Assembly: GCA_001787405.1 (NCBI GenBank)
Contig: MFWV01000009.1
Location: forward strand, 26,278-90,277
Direction: 5' to 3'
DNA from: Candidatus Pacebacteria bacterium RIFOXYA1_FULL_38_18
Lineage (GTDB): Bacteria > Patescibacteriota > Microgenomatia > UBA1400 > PJMF01
Length of the DNA stretch: 64,000 bases
Position numbers and translations under genes: made by a program. Positions 1-10,368 of the stretch are shown in pieces. The notes beneath the pieces were generated by a model that was given only the letters and a program-made list of their open reading frames with translations, had not been told where the DNA came from and did not search any database. Within the stretch, counting starts at the first letter, position 1, and each line of letters starts with the position of its first letter.

Positions 1-101
1 CAAAAGCTCTATGGCATAAGGAAAAGAAGGATCATAAACAAGCCAAAATCCAGCCAAAGCCGAGAGTAAAAATAGTCCCAACCGCCAGGCAATGATCCAA
101 G

Positions 102-1766
102 TTATGATTTTTTTAAAGTCTGTTTTTTTTCTTGCCATATTAATCCAGCCCAAACCAAAAGAGCTAAACCACTAATCACATTACCCGTAATTCTGGGCCA
201 AGTTTGTTGAGTAAAGCGAGACACAATCTGATACTCACCAGGAACCAACTGATAAGCCAATCTGCCTTGAATCAAATCATCATTAAGATAAGTGACCGGT
301 TTATCATTGGCCGTGGTTTGCCAGCCGGCAAAATTCATAGTGGGTTCTGCAATCAGGGCTTCTTGTGTTACTAACAACTGATAGCGACGACTGGAGCCTG
401 TCCAATGCTCAACCGTAAATTCTGCTTGGCCATTCAATACTCTGGGCTCTGGAGACCAGTCGCCAAATAAAATATAGGTAAAGGTTTTTGGTAAATTTTC
501 ATTCAAAGAACTAGTGCTTTGTGGAAATAAATCATATTCCAGAGTGCTTTTATGAAAAATAGCAATAGCCGACAAACGAAAAACTGCCAAGATTTGAATT
601 AAAAATAATAAACCAAGTAGCCACTTAAAACCTCGTCCCAATTGCCAAGTAAAAGCTACTAGCGGAGCCGTAAAAATCAACCAAAATAAAGTTAAACGCC
701 AGGGAAACTGAATAAAACCGATGAGCGGAATTGTTTTCCAAAATACTTGACTGGCTGGCGTTTGTAAAATCAGCAAAAATCCCCCCACCAAACATAAAAA
801 AAACAATTTATGAGCCAATTGCCGATTGGTTCGACCGTATTTGATCAACCACAATGAAGCAATTAGTAGAGAAAACAAAGGGAGCAAACCAACCGCTAGG
901 CTCAGAGTATCAATCGGTACAGAAAAAGAAAAACCAAATGTCAGTGGCGAAGTAACTAGTTGTGAGGGCTGAACTAAGTGTTCGATCGAGCCTACATTGA
1001 GATTGGTTTCATCCAAAACAACCAAGTTTTTCTCCGCTACTGCCGGCAACCAAAACCATAAAGATAATAATCCAGCCAGCAGTACTGTCTTGAGCCATTG
1101 TAACCAGTTGGTTCTATCAAACTTTAAAATACAGAGGTTATAAAAAAACCATAAAATCATTCCAAACATTACTGAGATGTTATGCGAGAGCAAAAAACCA
1201 AGTACGATGGGGATGCTGATTTTCCAAGAAACAAATTTTTTCTGTTTCCAGCGCTGAGTAAGCCATAATAGCCAGGGGAAAAGCCCCAAAGCCCAAACCT
1301 CACCAATGTTGCCTCGAACATAAATTAGGTTAGCCACAAAAGGAGCAGTAAAATAAGTTCCAGCAACAAACAGAGTACTGAGAAGAGAAAAATTTAGCAA
1401 TTTGAGCCAAGAAATGATACCCACTGCGCCCAAAGAAAGACCAGCTACCATGAGTAGTTTAAAAATCAATTCATAAGAAACACCCAAAACACTCAGGGGT
1501 AGTGACAAAATATTAGCCAGTGGATAATTATAATTAAAAACCGGATAGCCATAATGATTCATCAGATTGGGAGCAAGACGAGGGGGAAATTGTCCTTCGC
1601 GGATCGCCACTTTGTAATTGGCAAAACGAGCTAAATGATTTTCTCCATCATGAGTGTAAGGTACACCAGTTTGAAGATATGGCTGAATTAAGACCAATAA
1701 TGGCAAGAAAATAAGCAACCAACTTGGTTTTTTAAATAAATTCTTTAAGACGCTTAGTTTTTTCAT
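102..1766 (-). CDS. Large polytopic membrane protein, GT-C/YfhO-like (paralog A of three); putative glycosyltransferase
   Basis: N-terminal motif HDGENHLARF...REGQFPPRL...HYGYPVFNYNYPL is shared with the ORFs at 19607 and 24604. It has many TM segments and a C-terminal extracytoplasmic domain (NFAGWQ) followed by a final TM. The start is set at the internal MKKLSV, giving a 4-nt overlap with the upstream gene; the ORF track start is 1814. Confidence 0.7.
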   Translation of the reverse strand: MKKLSVLKNLFKKPSWLLIFLPLLVLIQPYLQTGVPYTHDGENHLARFANYKVAIREGQFPPRLAPNLMNHYGYPVFNYNYPLANILSLPLSVLGVSYELIFKLLMVAGLSLGAVGIISWLKLLNFSLLSTLFVAGTYFTAPFVANLIYVRGNIGEVWALGLFPWLLWLTQRWKQKKFVSWKISIPIVLGFLLSHNISVMFGMILWFFYNLCILKFDRTNWLQWLKTVLLAGLLSLWFWLPAVAEKNLVVLDETNLNVGSIEHLVQPSQLVTSPLTFGFSFSVPIDTLSLAVGLLPLFSLLIASLWLIKYGRTNRQLAHKLFFLCLVGGFLLILQTPASQVFWKTIPLIGFIQFPWRLTLFWLIFTAPLVAFTWQLGRGFKWLLGLLFLIQILAVFRLSAIAIFHKSTLEYDLFPQSTSSLNENLPKTFTYILFGDWSPEPRVLNGQAEFTVEHWTGSSRRYQLLVTQEALIAEPTMNFAGWQTTANDKPVTYLNDDLIQGRLAYQLVPGEYQIVSRFTQQTWPRITGNVISGLALLVWAGLIWQEKKQTLKKS

Positions 1767-2800
1767 AAAATACTTTGATAGACTCGCATAGTTTCCTCGG
1801 CAGTTTTCTCCCAAGTAAACTGTTGCTCCCAGTCAGCAGCTTTCTTTACCCAAGCTCTGCGTTTGGCTTGAGTTAAATTTAAGATCATCTCAATATTTTC
1901 TGCCAGTGCCTCCGCAGTAGCTTCAGCAAAAAGAGTAACCTTGCCTCCCACTTCCAATAAAGAAGAGTTGCCAGTTGCTACTACTGGCGTTTTACAACGC
2001 ATTGCTTCCAAAACAGGCAAACCAAAACCCTCAGATAATGAAGGCTGAACATAAACTGCTGCTGCAGAATAAATAGCTGATAAAGTTTGATAGTCATCGC
2101 TTAGAATATCTGGTTTGAACAATACTCGTTTGGCAACATTACTCAGTGCTATTTGCGCCTCTATGGCCTGCCACTCAGGAATGTCTTGTGGGAAAAAATG
2201 TTTGCCTACGCAAACCAACTTGATGTTTTCTGGTAAATATTTGAGAGCTTTGATTAATTGAGGAATATTTTTATTGTAATTAATGTCTCCTACATACAAG
2301 ATATATTTTTCTGGTAACTTGAGTTTGCGCTTGGCTGTTTTTAGTTTGCTGGCAGGTAGTGGTTGTAAAAATGGATTGGCCGCCAGAGGCACTACCGCTA
2401 TTTTTCCCAAAGGTACACCCAAATGAGTAGCAATATCTTGTTGCGAGGCTTGAGAGTCCGTGATGACTTTAGCTACTGTCTTCAGAGCTAGTTTCTGATG
2501 AGCAAAAGCCAACCAGCCTCGTTTGCCCACAGGATATTCTTTGGGAAAAAGAAGTGGGATAACATCATGAATCGTTACTATGGTTTTACTAAATTTGGCC
2601 AGTGGCAAAGTGGGGAAAAATAAATCAAAGAAAGGATAGTGGACAATGTCTATTTTTTTAGGCCTTTGCACTAAACTAGAGCGATACAATTCTATGCCAG
2701 GTTGCTTTTCCAATGCTTCACTCAAAAAACGAGTGTACATTCCCACTCCGCGAATAGCATGACCGGATGAGAGTGGTTGAACATTGATCAGAACTTTCAT
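1763..2800 (-). CDS. GT4 (GT1-fold) glycosyltransferase
   Basis: EGFGLPVLEAMRCKTPVVATGNSSLLEVGG retaining-GT motif. The start is trimmed to MKVLINV for a 4-nt overlap with the gene at 2797. Confidence 0.85.
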   Translation of the reverse strand: MKVLINVQPLSSGHAIRGVGMYTRFLSEALEKQPGIELYRSSLVQRPKKIDIVHYPFFDLFFPTLPLAKFSKTIVTIHDVIPLLFPKEYPVGKRGWLAFAHQKLALKTVAKVITDSQASQQDIATHLGVPLGKIAVVPLAANPFLQPLPASKLKTAKRKLKLPEKYILYVGDINYNKNIPQLIKALKYLPENIKLVCVGKHFFPQDIPEWQAIEAQIALSNVAKRVLFKPDILSDDYQTLSAIYSAAAVYVQPSLSEGFGLPVLEAMRCKTPVVATGNSSLLEVGGKVTLFAEATAEALAENIEMILNLTQAKRRAWVKKAADWEQQFTWEKTAEETMRVYQSIL

Positions 2801-3588
2801 GATCGACTTTCCTTTGTTTGCGTTTGCTCTAGTTCCCACAATTTAAGATAAGCTACTGGATAATGTAAACCGCTCATCAATGCGAAAACAAAACCTGGGT
2901 AACCATCCAAAAAACCTTTATGACGCAAAAAGAGTGAAAGAAAAATCTGCAATGGTTTGATTAAAAAATAATAAAAACCACCCCACCACGTCAAACGTTT
3001 ATTCTCTTCCCACCAAAGTTTGGCTCTAAAAGAAGTGTAGGTATCGAACTTACGCAAATAATCAGCAAAGGTAGGATTGGCAAAGTGGAGCAAATGGCCT
3101 TTTGCCAAACCCACCGAACCGTCCACTGTCATTTGCTCGTGCACATCAGCTTGGGGTAATTTGGCTTTGCCGGCTAAATATAAACGAATGACTGGATCAG
3201 GATACTGCCCGCCTTTGGTGAGCCAGCGACCCAAAAATAAATTTTTACGGCGAAGCCACCAAGCAGAATTTTTTAATTGACCTTCTTTGCGTTTTTTTTC
3301 GATGAGTTTGATAAATTCAAATAATTTTTCGTCCACTACTTCATCAGCATCCAGTTGCAAGATTAATTCCCCGCGAGCCTTATCCATTGCCAGCTGTTTA
3401 TTGATGTGAAAATTTTGTTTGTTGGTAGTTTTATAAACTCGTGCGTCAAAACTTTTGGCAATTTGGGGGGTGCTATCTTTAGAACTGCCATCAACTACAA
3501 TAATTTCATCGGCTAATTTTTTGATAGATGCCAAACAACGAGCCAAGTTTTTTTCTTCATTATAAGTAGCCAGTACAACTGAAATCAT
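2797..3588 (-). CDS. GT2 glycosyltransferase, DPM1/ArnC-like polyprenol-phosphate sugar synthase
   Basis: MISVVLATYNEEKNL...VVDGSSKDST...LDADE: GT2-A fold with DxD. The start is trimmed to MISVV for a 4-nt overlap. Confidence 0.85.
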   Translation of the reverse strand: MISVVLATYNEEKNLARCLASIKKLADEIIVVDGSSKDSTPQIAKSFDARVYKTTNKQNFHINKQLAMDKARGELILQLDADEVVDEKLFEFIKLIEKKRKEGQLKNSAWWLRRKNLFLGRWLTKGGQYPDPVIRLYLAGKAKLPQADVHEQMTVDGSVGLAKGHLLHFANPTFADYLRKFDTYTSFRAKLWWEENKRLTWWGGFYYFLIKPLQIFLSLFLRHKGFLDGYPGFVFALMSGLHYPVAYLKLWELEQTQTKESRS

Positions 3589-5150
3589 AAATCCTTTTCT
3601 ACGATCCAAACTGATGCTGTTTCTGACCATTGTACCAAGATTGTCTCGGTTTGAGAGCGATCTTGTGGCTCAGCAATAAAATGATAATGAGTGAGCTGTT
3701 CTCCATAACGAAAACCTATTTGATTTGGTTGCTGACGAATGATGGTTTTAAAATAAACATCAGGCGGAAGTTTGAGATACCAAGCCAAGATAATATAGTG
3801 ATAACCAGACGGATCGACAATGGCTATCGGCTGATCGGGGTGTTCTGCTTCCACTGTTTGCATTACTTGGGCAAAACCAGGTTGAAAAGCTTGCGTTTGT
3901 TTTGGATAAATTATGAATAATTGAAAAGCGTGATGAGTGGCTTCCAAAACAAGCACCAGTATTATTGCTCCCCAAATAAATTTATTTTGTTTGAGCCAGC
4001 CAGTCAACCAAACCAAGCCCCAAACCGCAATAATTTGTAATAAAACAAAAAAGAGCAAACTACGAGTGGCATGTGGCGCATCAACAGTGATGATGGCTGG
4101 GAGGAGTGAAGCAAAGAGCAACCAAAGCCAAGCCAGTTCGCGTTTGTGAGTTATTGTCAATTTTTTACAAGCTCGAATCGCTCTACCTGTCATGGCTATG
4201 ATTCCCACTCCGGCAAAACAGAAGCTAGTCCATAGGACGTGTCCCAAATTGGGCAGACTGTGCCATGGGTGACTACCACCTGTGGTTAGCAAAAACTTGA
4301 TAGAAAATGAGCTAAATAGATTTTTGATCGATAAATAAATAAAATAAAGATAACGATTGCCGATTAATGATTGCCAGGGTTGATTGAGGCTGGCTCGGAA
4401 ATTGCTCCATTCATGCCAAACAGTCTCATCACTGAAAATAGTAATGCCACTTTTTTGAGAAGTCAAAGCAAGCAATGACCTCAAACCTACCAAAAAAACT
4501 GCTCCCAAAATCAATTCTATGAGAATTAATTTGTTTTTCTGTTTATTGGCAAATCGCAACCAAACGAAAATCATCAAAACTGGTAAAAGTAATAAAGGCG
4601 TGTTGTAGGTAAAAATAGCCAGCAAAAGTAAGATTATTAAAAGCGGAACGTGCCAGCGTCGGGCTTTATGCTGAAATTCCAGTAAAACCACCAAGGCAGC
4701 TATTAGGTAGGTAAGAGCTAAGTTGGCCTCAAAAGCCAAACGCGAATACCAAATAAATACGGGAGAGACCGCTATCAATAAACTTGCCAGCCAAGCCTGT
4801 TTTTCAATGAACTTAATTTTTTTGGCCAGTAAAAAAACCAATGGTACCAGCACCGTACCAGCCAGCGCCGATGGCAGACGAACGGCCAAGTCAGTCAAGC
4901 CAAAAATCTTTAAAAAGGGAATTAATAATAATGGATAACCAGCCAATTTATAGTCGCCAAATGATTCTAGGGTAAGTGGCCAGCTTTTTTGCCATTCATC
5001 TTGGCCGGTTGTTGATAATAAATAAGCATTGTATGCCAGAGCTGCCTCATCGCGGTTGAGAATAGCGGGTAATTGACCCAATTGCCAAACACGCAAGAAG
5101 AAGGCTAATAAGGTGATTGAGATTAATAACCAATTGATTTTTTTATTCAT
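3585..5150 (-). CDS. GT-C family membrane glycosyltransferase (ArnT/PMT-like, GT39/GT83-type)
   Basis: N-terminal TM then first-loop motif LNRDEAALAYNAYLLSTTGQDEW (DE motif) and more than ten TMs. 4-nt overlap with the next gene. Confidence 0.85.
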   Translation of the reverse strand: MNKKINWLLISITLLAFFLRVWQLGQLPAILNRDEAALAYNAYLLSTTGQDEWQKSWPLTLESFGDYKLAGYPLLLIPFLKIFGLTDLAVRLPSALAGTVLVPLVFLLAKKIKFIEKQAWLASLLIAVSPVFIWYSRLAFEANLALTYLIAALVVLLEFQHKARRWHVPLLIILLLLAIFTYNTPLLLLPVLMIFVWLRFANKQKNKLILIELILGAVFLVGLRSLLALTSQKSGITIFSDETVWHEWSNFRASLNQPWQSLIGNRYLYFIYLSIKNLFSSFSIKFLLTTGGSHPWHSLPNLGHVLWTSFCFAGVGIIAMTGRAIRACKKLTITHKRELAWLWLLFASLLPAIITVDAPHATRSLLFFVLLQIIAVWGLVWLTGWLKQNKFIWGAIILVLVLEATHHAFQLFIIYPKQTQAFQPGFAQVMQTVEAEHPDQPIAIVDPSGYHYIILAWYLKLPPDVYFKTIIRQQPNQIGFRYGEQLTHYHFIAEPQDRSQTETILVQWSETASVWIVEKDL

Positions 5151-6835
5151 GGCATTTTTTCAAAATAAATAGCTGCATACTCTGGTCGGTAATCTGCTGT
5201 ATAAAAAATTTTATACCAATTTGGCTGACGAGAGGCAATGGTTTCCAGTTGCCAATCAATAAAATCTTTTCTAGCAATCAAAACTGTTTTTTCAGACAAA
5301 GTAGGTAGTTTTCCCCAATCGAACCAACGAAAACGAATATTATCAATATGGGTGGGCATGTATTGATCAAACTCAATTTTGCTAAAATCCTCAACTGGCA
5401 ATTCATAGGCCATTAGCCACAAATAAAATCTGCTATCGAAAGGCTCGATCCACACTACATCCATTTCTTGTTTTTGTTGCCAAGCTTCATGCGCCAAATC
5501 AGCAAAACCAGTCTGCCACTCACTAGCCGATAGACTGGGATAGACGGAGAAATAAAAAGTAGTGAAGTCCCAAAATGAAAATGCCACTATTGATAGTAAA
5601 CTAAGCCCGAAAGCTAGTTTGAGCCAGCTTGGTTCAACTGCTTGCTTGATTTTCTGCCAACCATAGAAACATCCCCAACCAATCACCACAGTCAGTGGAA
5701 CTAGAGCATTGAGAGAGCGCAAGGCATGAGGGGTGGTTTCTGGTACTGAAGCTGGCAGTAGAGCTGTCAGCCACCACAAGAGCAATAAGACTCCCACTCG
5801 CCAGTGTTTAGTAAACAAAACAAACCAACCATAGATAAAGGGCAAAATAAAAATCGTCAAAAACAAACCATGCCTACCAGTACCATGACGAAGATTGGGA
5901 TCGCCAGTAAAAAAGAGAAAGTCGCTAGAAAGATTGTCTGCATAATTTTTGGCCAGTTCACGAATCAATAAAACTTTGGGATGATAAATGACTTTATCAA
6001 ATAAGGTATTACCGGCTGATAATTTATATTGATTGGAGACTACTGGCCAATCAGCCATGTTCAAAACAGAAGTGGCGCTGAGCCGAAACTGATTGCTGAT
6101 TTTATAAAATGGTGAGCGATACATGGGCCAAAGACTGAGGGTAAAAATCAAGAGCGGTAAAATTAAATTCAAACCAAGCCAGCGCCATAAATTCTGGCCT
6201 TTTCGTTGGGGACCGGCAAATAAACAAATGGTTGCTACAAAAACTACCGGCCAAACAAAACGAATCGAAAAATAAGTATAAGTAGCCAAACCACCCAATA
6301 AAGCTGCGGCCAAGCCCCAAACCCAGTGTTTTTTAGTTTTGAAAGCCAACCAAATACTAGTTGCCATCAGCAATTGACCCACGTGTCCTTCAAAGCCAGT
6401 TCTGGAAAAAAGGATGCTCCAGGGAGTGAGAGCGATAATGAATGCTGTCCACAGAAAAATTGATTGTTGATGCTGTTTTTTTATAGAACCTACCAGCTGA
6501 CTAGCCAAAGCTCCTCCAATGAAAATAGTTGCCATACCAGCCAAGGCGCTGGGTAGCCTCAAAGCCCAATTACTAGCTCCCCACAGTTTAACACTGATAG
6601 AAGCCAGCCAAATATAAACCGGAAGCTTGTAATCACCATAAGACGGGAAAATAGCCGATAGCCAAGCATTACCATGCATGTCCTGACCAGTGGCAGCAAT
6701 GGCTCGCGCATCTACCAAAATCGCTGCTTCATCCCAGTAAAGAGAGACTGGCACCTCTCCCAAACGATAAAAACGCACCGTCAAGCCAATCAAGAAAATA
6801 AAACTCAAAATTAAAGCAAAAAGCCATTTGGACAT
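5147..6835 (-). CDS. GT-C family membrane glycosyltransferase (ArnT/PMT-like)
   Basis: RFYRLGEVPVSLYWDEAAILVDARAIAATGQDMHGNAW; polytopic. Confidence 0.85.
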   Translation of the reverse strand: MSKWLFALILSFIFLIGLTVRFYRLGEVPVSLYWDEAAILVDARAIAATGQDMHGNAWLSAIFPSYGDYKLPVYIWLASISVKLWGASNWALRLPSALAGMATIFIGGALASQLVGSIKKQHQQSIFLWTAFIIALTPWSILFSRTGFEGHVGQLLMATSIWLAFKTKKHWVWGLAAALLGGLATYTYFSIRFVWPVVFVATICLFAGPQRKGQNLWRWLGLNLILPLLIFTLSLWPMYRSPFYKISNQFRLSATSVLNMADWPVVSNQYKLSAGNTLFDKVIYHPKVLLIRELAKNYADNLSSDFLFFTGDPNLRHGTGRHGLFLTIFILPFIYGWFVLFTKHWRVGVLLLLWWLTALLPASVPETTPHALRSLNALVPLTVVIGWGCFYGWQKIKQAVEPSWLKLAFGLSLLSIVAFSFWDFTTFYFSVYPSLSASEWQTGFADLAHEAWQQKQEMDVVWIEPFDSRFYLWLMAYELPVEDFSKIEFDQYMPTHIDNIRFRWFDWGKLPTLSEKTVLIARKDFIDWQLETIASRQPNWYKIFYTADYRPEYAAIYFEKMP

Positions 6836-6859
6836 GTATTTATGGTAACAGAGTTTAAC

Positions 6860-8614
6860 TTACATTTCCTCTGGTGTCTGAATACCCAGTAAAGCCAGTC
6901 CTTCACTCAAAACTAACCTGGTTGCTTGAGTCAAACTCAAACGAACTTGTTGCTGATCCTGAGTTCGGGCGGTTAAAATAGGATTTTGATTGTAAAAAGT
7001 ATTGAATCTTTGTGCCAATTCAAATAGAAATGAGGCTAAATGATGGGGCGTAAATTCTTCAGCAGCTTTTGTCACTACTTCTGCCAAACGATTCAGATAT
7101 TTGATGAGCGCAAGCTCTGTTTGGTCAAAATCATAATTGGCAGGGATTGATAACTGCTGATGCTCTCTTTTATTTAAAACACTCTGGGCTCTTACTGCTG
7201 CATATTGCACATAAGGGCCGGAATTGCCCTTCATACTGAGTATTTCATCCCAGTCAAAAGAGATATCTCTGGCGGCCTCACTTTTTAGATCGTTCCATTT
7301 GAGGGCACCTATCGCTATTTGTTCCACGCTAGCTTGATTGTCTGAGGACAGTGAGGCCGCCCTCTGTTCAGCCTCATCAATCACATCTTGCAACCAAATT
7401 ACATCTCCTTTTCTAGTCGACATTTTTCTAGTCTTGAAACGATATAGGCCGTGTTTTACATGCACTCTTTGCTTGGGTTTGTACCAACCCAGCATTTGCT
7501 CTATTTTATAAAGCTGTTTGAAATATAAACTTTGCTCAGCACCAACCTCATTGATCACCAAATCAGGCTTGAATTCTTTCAATCTGAAATAATCCGTAGC
7601 CAAATCTCTAGTGGAATATAAAGTAGTGCCATCCTTTTTTAAAATCATCAAAGAGGGGAGTGCTTTATCTTCAAAAAAGACTAGTTTTGCTCCATCTTCT
7701 CCTTCACCATAATGACCTCCATTTTTCTCAGATTCATCTTGGGGAAGTTTCTCTCTCAGGATTTCCAAAACTTGCTCCATGCGCCGTTCAAAAAAAGACT
7801 CTCCATAACCCCGACCATTATTTTCCGTAAAAGTTATCTTCAATTTTGTATAAATTTTGTCAAATTCCTGCCAGGATAAATCCACACACCATTGCCAAAT
7901 TGAGCGAGCATCATCATCACCTTCCTCTAGTTTCTTAAACCAAGCTCGTCCATAATCATTCAGAGTGGAATCTTCTTCTGCTCGCTGATGAAACTTGACA
8001 TACAGTTCCACCAGTTCTTTGATCGGCCTAGAAGATTTGCTAATAGCCTCTCGATCTCCCCAAGTTTTGATCGCATAAATTAATTTTCCAAACTGAGTCC
8101 CCCAATCTCCCAAATGATTGTCTCGCAAAACTTCCCAGCCAAGCACTTCATATAAATTGGCCAGAGCATCACCAATGATCGTTGAACGGAGATGACCCAC
8201 AGTAAATGGTTTGGCGATATTAGGTGAGGAATATTCAACAATCACTCGTTTCCCCTGCCCCGCCGGGGGAATAATGGTTTGTATACTAGAAACTTGATTG
8301 ATTTCATTCAATTGACGCAACCAGTATTGTGAAGAGAGAGTAAAGTTGATAAAGCCAGGACCCGCCACACTCATTTCTTGAATATCAGTTTCTTTTGTCA
8401 AAATAACTTGCAATTTTTCTACCAAAGCAGCAGCCAACTCTTTAGGACTGCTAAATTTATCTGTTTGCTTGATGTATTGCAGAGCAACATTGCTACTCCA
8501 ATCACCGAATTGATCATCAGCTGGATGCTCCAACTTGAGTGCTGAGGGTTGAAGGTTTAGTTCACCAAGAGCTTGCTGGATGGCTTGAGTAATAGAGTTA
8601 ATAATCACTCCCAA
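6860..8614 (-). CDS. argS: Arginine--tRNA ligase
   Basis: Class I aaRS: SSPNIAKPFTVGHLRSTIIGDAL (HIGH-like), the N-terminal Add-1 domain pattern QFGDWSSNVALQ, and a C-terminal anticodon-binding domain ending ...EEM. Confidence 0.9.
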   Translation of the reverse strand: MGVIINSITQAIQQALGELNLQPSALKLEHPADDQFGDWSSNVALQYIKQTDKFSSPKELAAALVEKLQVILTKETDIQEMSVAGPGFINFTLSSQYWLRQLNEINQVSSIQTIIPPAGQGKRVIVEYSSPNIAKPFTVGHLRSTIIGDALANLYEVLGWEVLRDNHLGDWGTQFGKLIYAIKTWGDREAISKSSRPIKELVELYVKFHQRAEEDSTLNDYGRAWFKKLEEGDDDARSIWQWCVDLSWQEFDKIYTKLKITFTENNGRGYGESFFERRMEQVLEILREKLPQDESEKNGGHYGEGEDGAKLVFFEDKALPSLMILKKDGTTLYSTRDLATDYFRLKEFKPDLVINEVGAEQSLYFKQLYKIEQMLGWYKPKQRVHVKHGLYRFKTRKMSTRKGDVIWLQDVIDEAEQRAASLSSDNQASVEQIAIGALKWNDLKSEAARDISFDWDEILSMKGNSGPYVQYAAVRAQSVLNKREHQQLSIPANYDFDQTELALIKYLNRLAEVVTKAAEEFTPHHLASFLFELAQRFNTFYNQNPILTARTQDQQQVRLSLTQATRLVLSEGLALLGIQTPEEM

Positions 8615-8661
8615 AGATTATACTGATTAATCAGCATTTGGAAAAGCCGAATCTCAAGAAC

Positions 8662-10362
8662 TCACTCCACAATTGCCAATTGCCAAACCTCTTTTCCAGC
8701 CAAATCCTCAATTATCTCTGGTTGATCTTTGATTTTGAGTCCAGTGAATTGATCGGGCGAGCCAGCAACAATGGCTGGCAGAGTGGTTATTTCCTGCAAA
8801 CTACCTACAAAATGCAGATTGGCAAACTCCAGAAACTCACCCTGATCCTTTTTGACAGTATTATTTTCTCGTTGTACTAAAACAGGATCAGTGGCTGTAT
8901 AAAACCAATAATACATAGCTGGTCTGCCCTGCTCTCTAGTAATGTAAACTGGCAAATCGGGATATTGATTACGCAAAATCTCTACTCTATCAATCAATTG
9001 TTCGTAACCATATTGCCATTCCGAGGAAAATTGTTGCGGATAAACAAATAATAAATGTCGATAAAAAGCAGCAAAACTAAAGCCATAAAAAAAGACTAGA
9101 CTCAGTGGCAAAATAAATAATTTTTTTTGCCAACACTTATCCTTGAGCCATTTAGCAATCCAAACCCAACTCTGCCAAATACCAAAAACAGCGATCAATA
9201 AAAACACCGGAGCAACCGGTAAAATACGCAAGGCATGGGGTACAGTTTTGGACATGGCAGCCGGCAAAATACCAAAAATCAACCACCCAACCAATAATCG
9301 TCGTTTGATTGGTGGCAATTTTTTCAAAACCCAAACCGCACCAACTAATAAAAATATTATTTCTGAAGGGTAAAAAAGACCAAAATAACCAGTAGAGTGA
9401 CGCGGATTTTCATCACCGGCAATAAATAGAAAAGCTGGATTAAAATGTACCAGAAACTGCTCTATTATTTTTGTACCCTGCAAAACAAAACGATGATAAA
9501 CCACTCTGGAGAAAACCGAGTTATGATGTAGTTCTTTGAGCGTATTACTCTCTTTAATAATCGTTAAATCACTAAATAAACTAGTTTCCGTCAAACGCTG
9601 TTTCAGCACTGGAGTCCCTAAGGCAGAACTGAAAGGTTGCAGTAAAGCAGCAGTCAGAAATAAAGGTAAAACATAACCAAAAAGCCAAACATTTTTGAAT
9701 TTGAGTCTCAAATCCTGACTGACAAACTGCCAGCCAATAATCAGGCCCAATACCGGAGCCAAAACTCTAGTACTGTGATAGGTATACAGAGCGGCAAATA
9801 ATAATAAAATGCTCAACATCAACCAAGCAAATCGCCACCGATTTTCTGGTTTGAGCTTAATTGCTTGCCAGCCGGTAATTATGCCCCACAAAATAAAAAA
9901 GCTAGCCAAATTAACTTCCCAACCCGCTCTAGAAAATTGAATAAGCCAAGGCGAAATAGTACTCAAACTTAGAGCAATTAATACTAACCAGCGCCGAGTC
10001 TTGAGTGATAAAATTTCTTGACTAAATTGCCAAACTAGCACTCCCAAACCAGCTACTATCCCCACTCCTGCCAAAATCGATGGCAAGCGAACTGCCAGAG
10101 CGCTCAAACCCCACCATTTGATAAACGGAACTAAAGCATAAAAATAACCACTCGGTTTCCAATCACCAAAAGATTCAAAAGCTACCAACGGCACAGCGCC
10201 ATGATGATCTTTGCCTGTTTCCAAAATAGAATAAGCATCATAACCCAAGGCTACTTCTTCCCAATATAAAGCTGGAGGAGAACTGGTAACTTTGAAAAAT
10301 CTCACCCCAAAAGACACTAACAAAATACTGATTATTGCCCACTGCCAAATCCTTTTTGTCAT
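8662..10362 (-). CDS. GT-C family membrane glycosyltransferase (ArnT/PMT-like)
   Basis: RFFKVTSSPPALYWEEVALGYDAYSILETGKDHHG; polytopic. Confidence 0.85.
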   Translation of the reverse strand: MTKRIWQWAIISILLVSFGVRFFKVTSSPPALYWEEVALGYDAYSILETGKDHHGAVPLVAFESFGDWKPSGYFYALVPFIKWWGLSALAVRLPSILAGVGIVAGLGVLVWQFSQEILSLKTRRWLVLIALSLSTISPWLIQFSRAGWEVNLASFFILWGIITGWQAIKLKPENRWRFAWLMLSILLLFAALYTYHSTRVLAPVLGLIIGWQFVSQDLRLKFKNVWLFGYVLPLFLTAALLQPFSSALGTPVLKQRLTETSLFSDLTIIKESNTLKELHHNSVFSRVVYHRFVLQGTKIIEQFLVHFNPAFLFIAGDENPRHSTGYFGLFYPSEIIFLLVGAVWVLKKLPPIKRRLLVGWLIFGILPAAMSKTVPHALRILPVAPVFLLIAVFGIWQSWVWIAKWLKDKCWQKKLFILPLSLVFFYGFSFAAFYRHLLFVYPQQFSSEWQYGYEQLIDRVEILRNQYPDLPVYITREQGRPAMYYWFYTATDPVLVQRENNTVKKDQGEFLEFANLHFVGSLQEITTLPAIVAGSPDQFTGLKIKDQPEIIEDLAGKEVWQLAIVE

Positions 10363-10368
10363 TTTATT

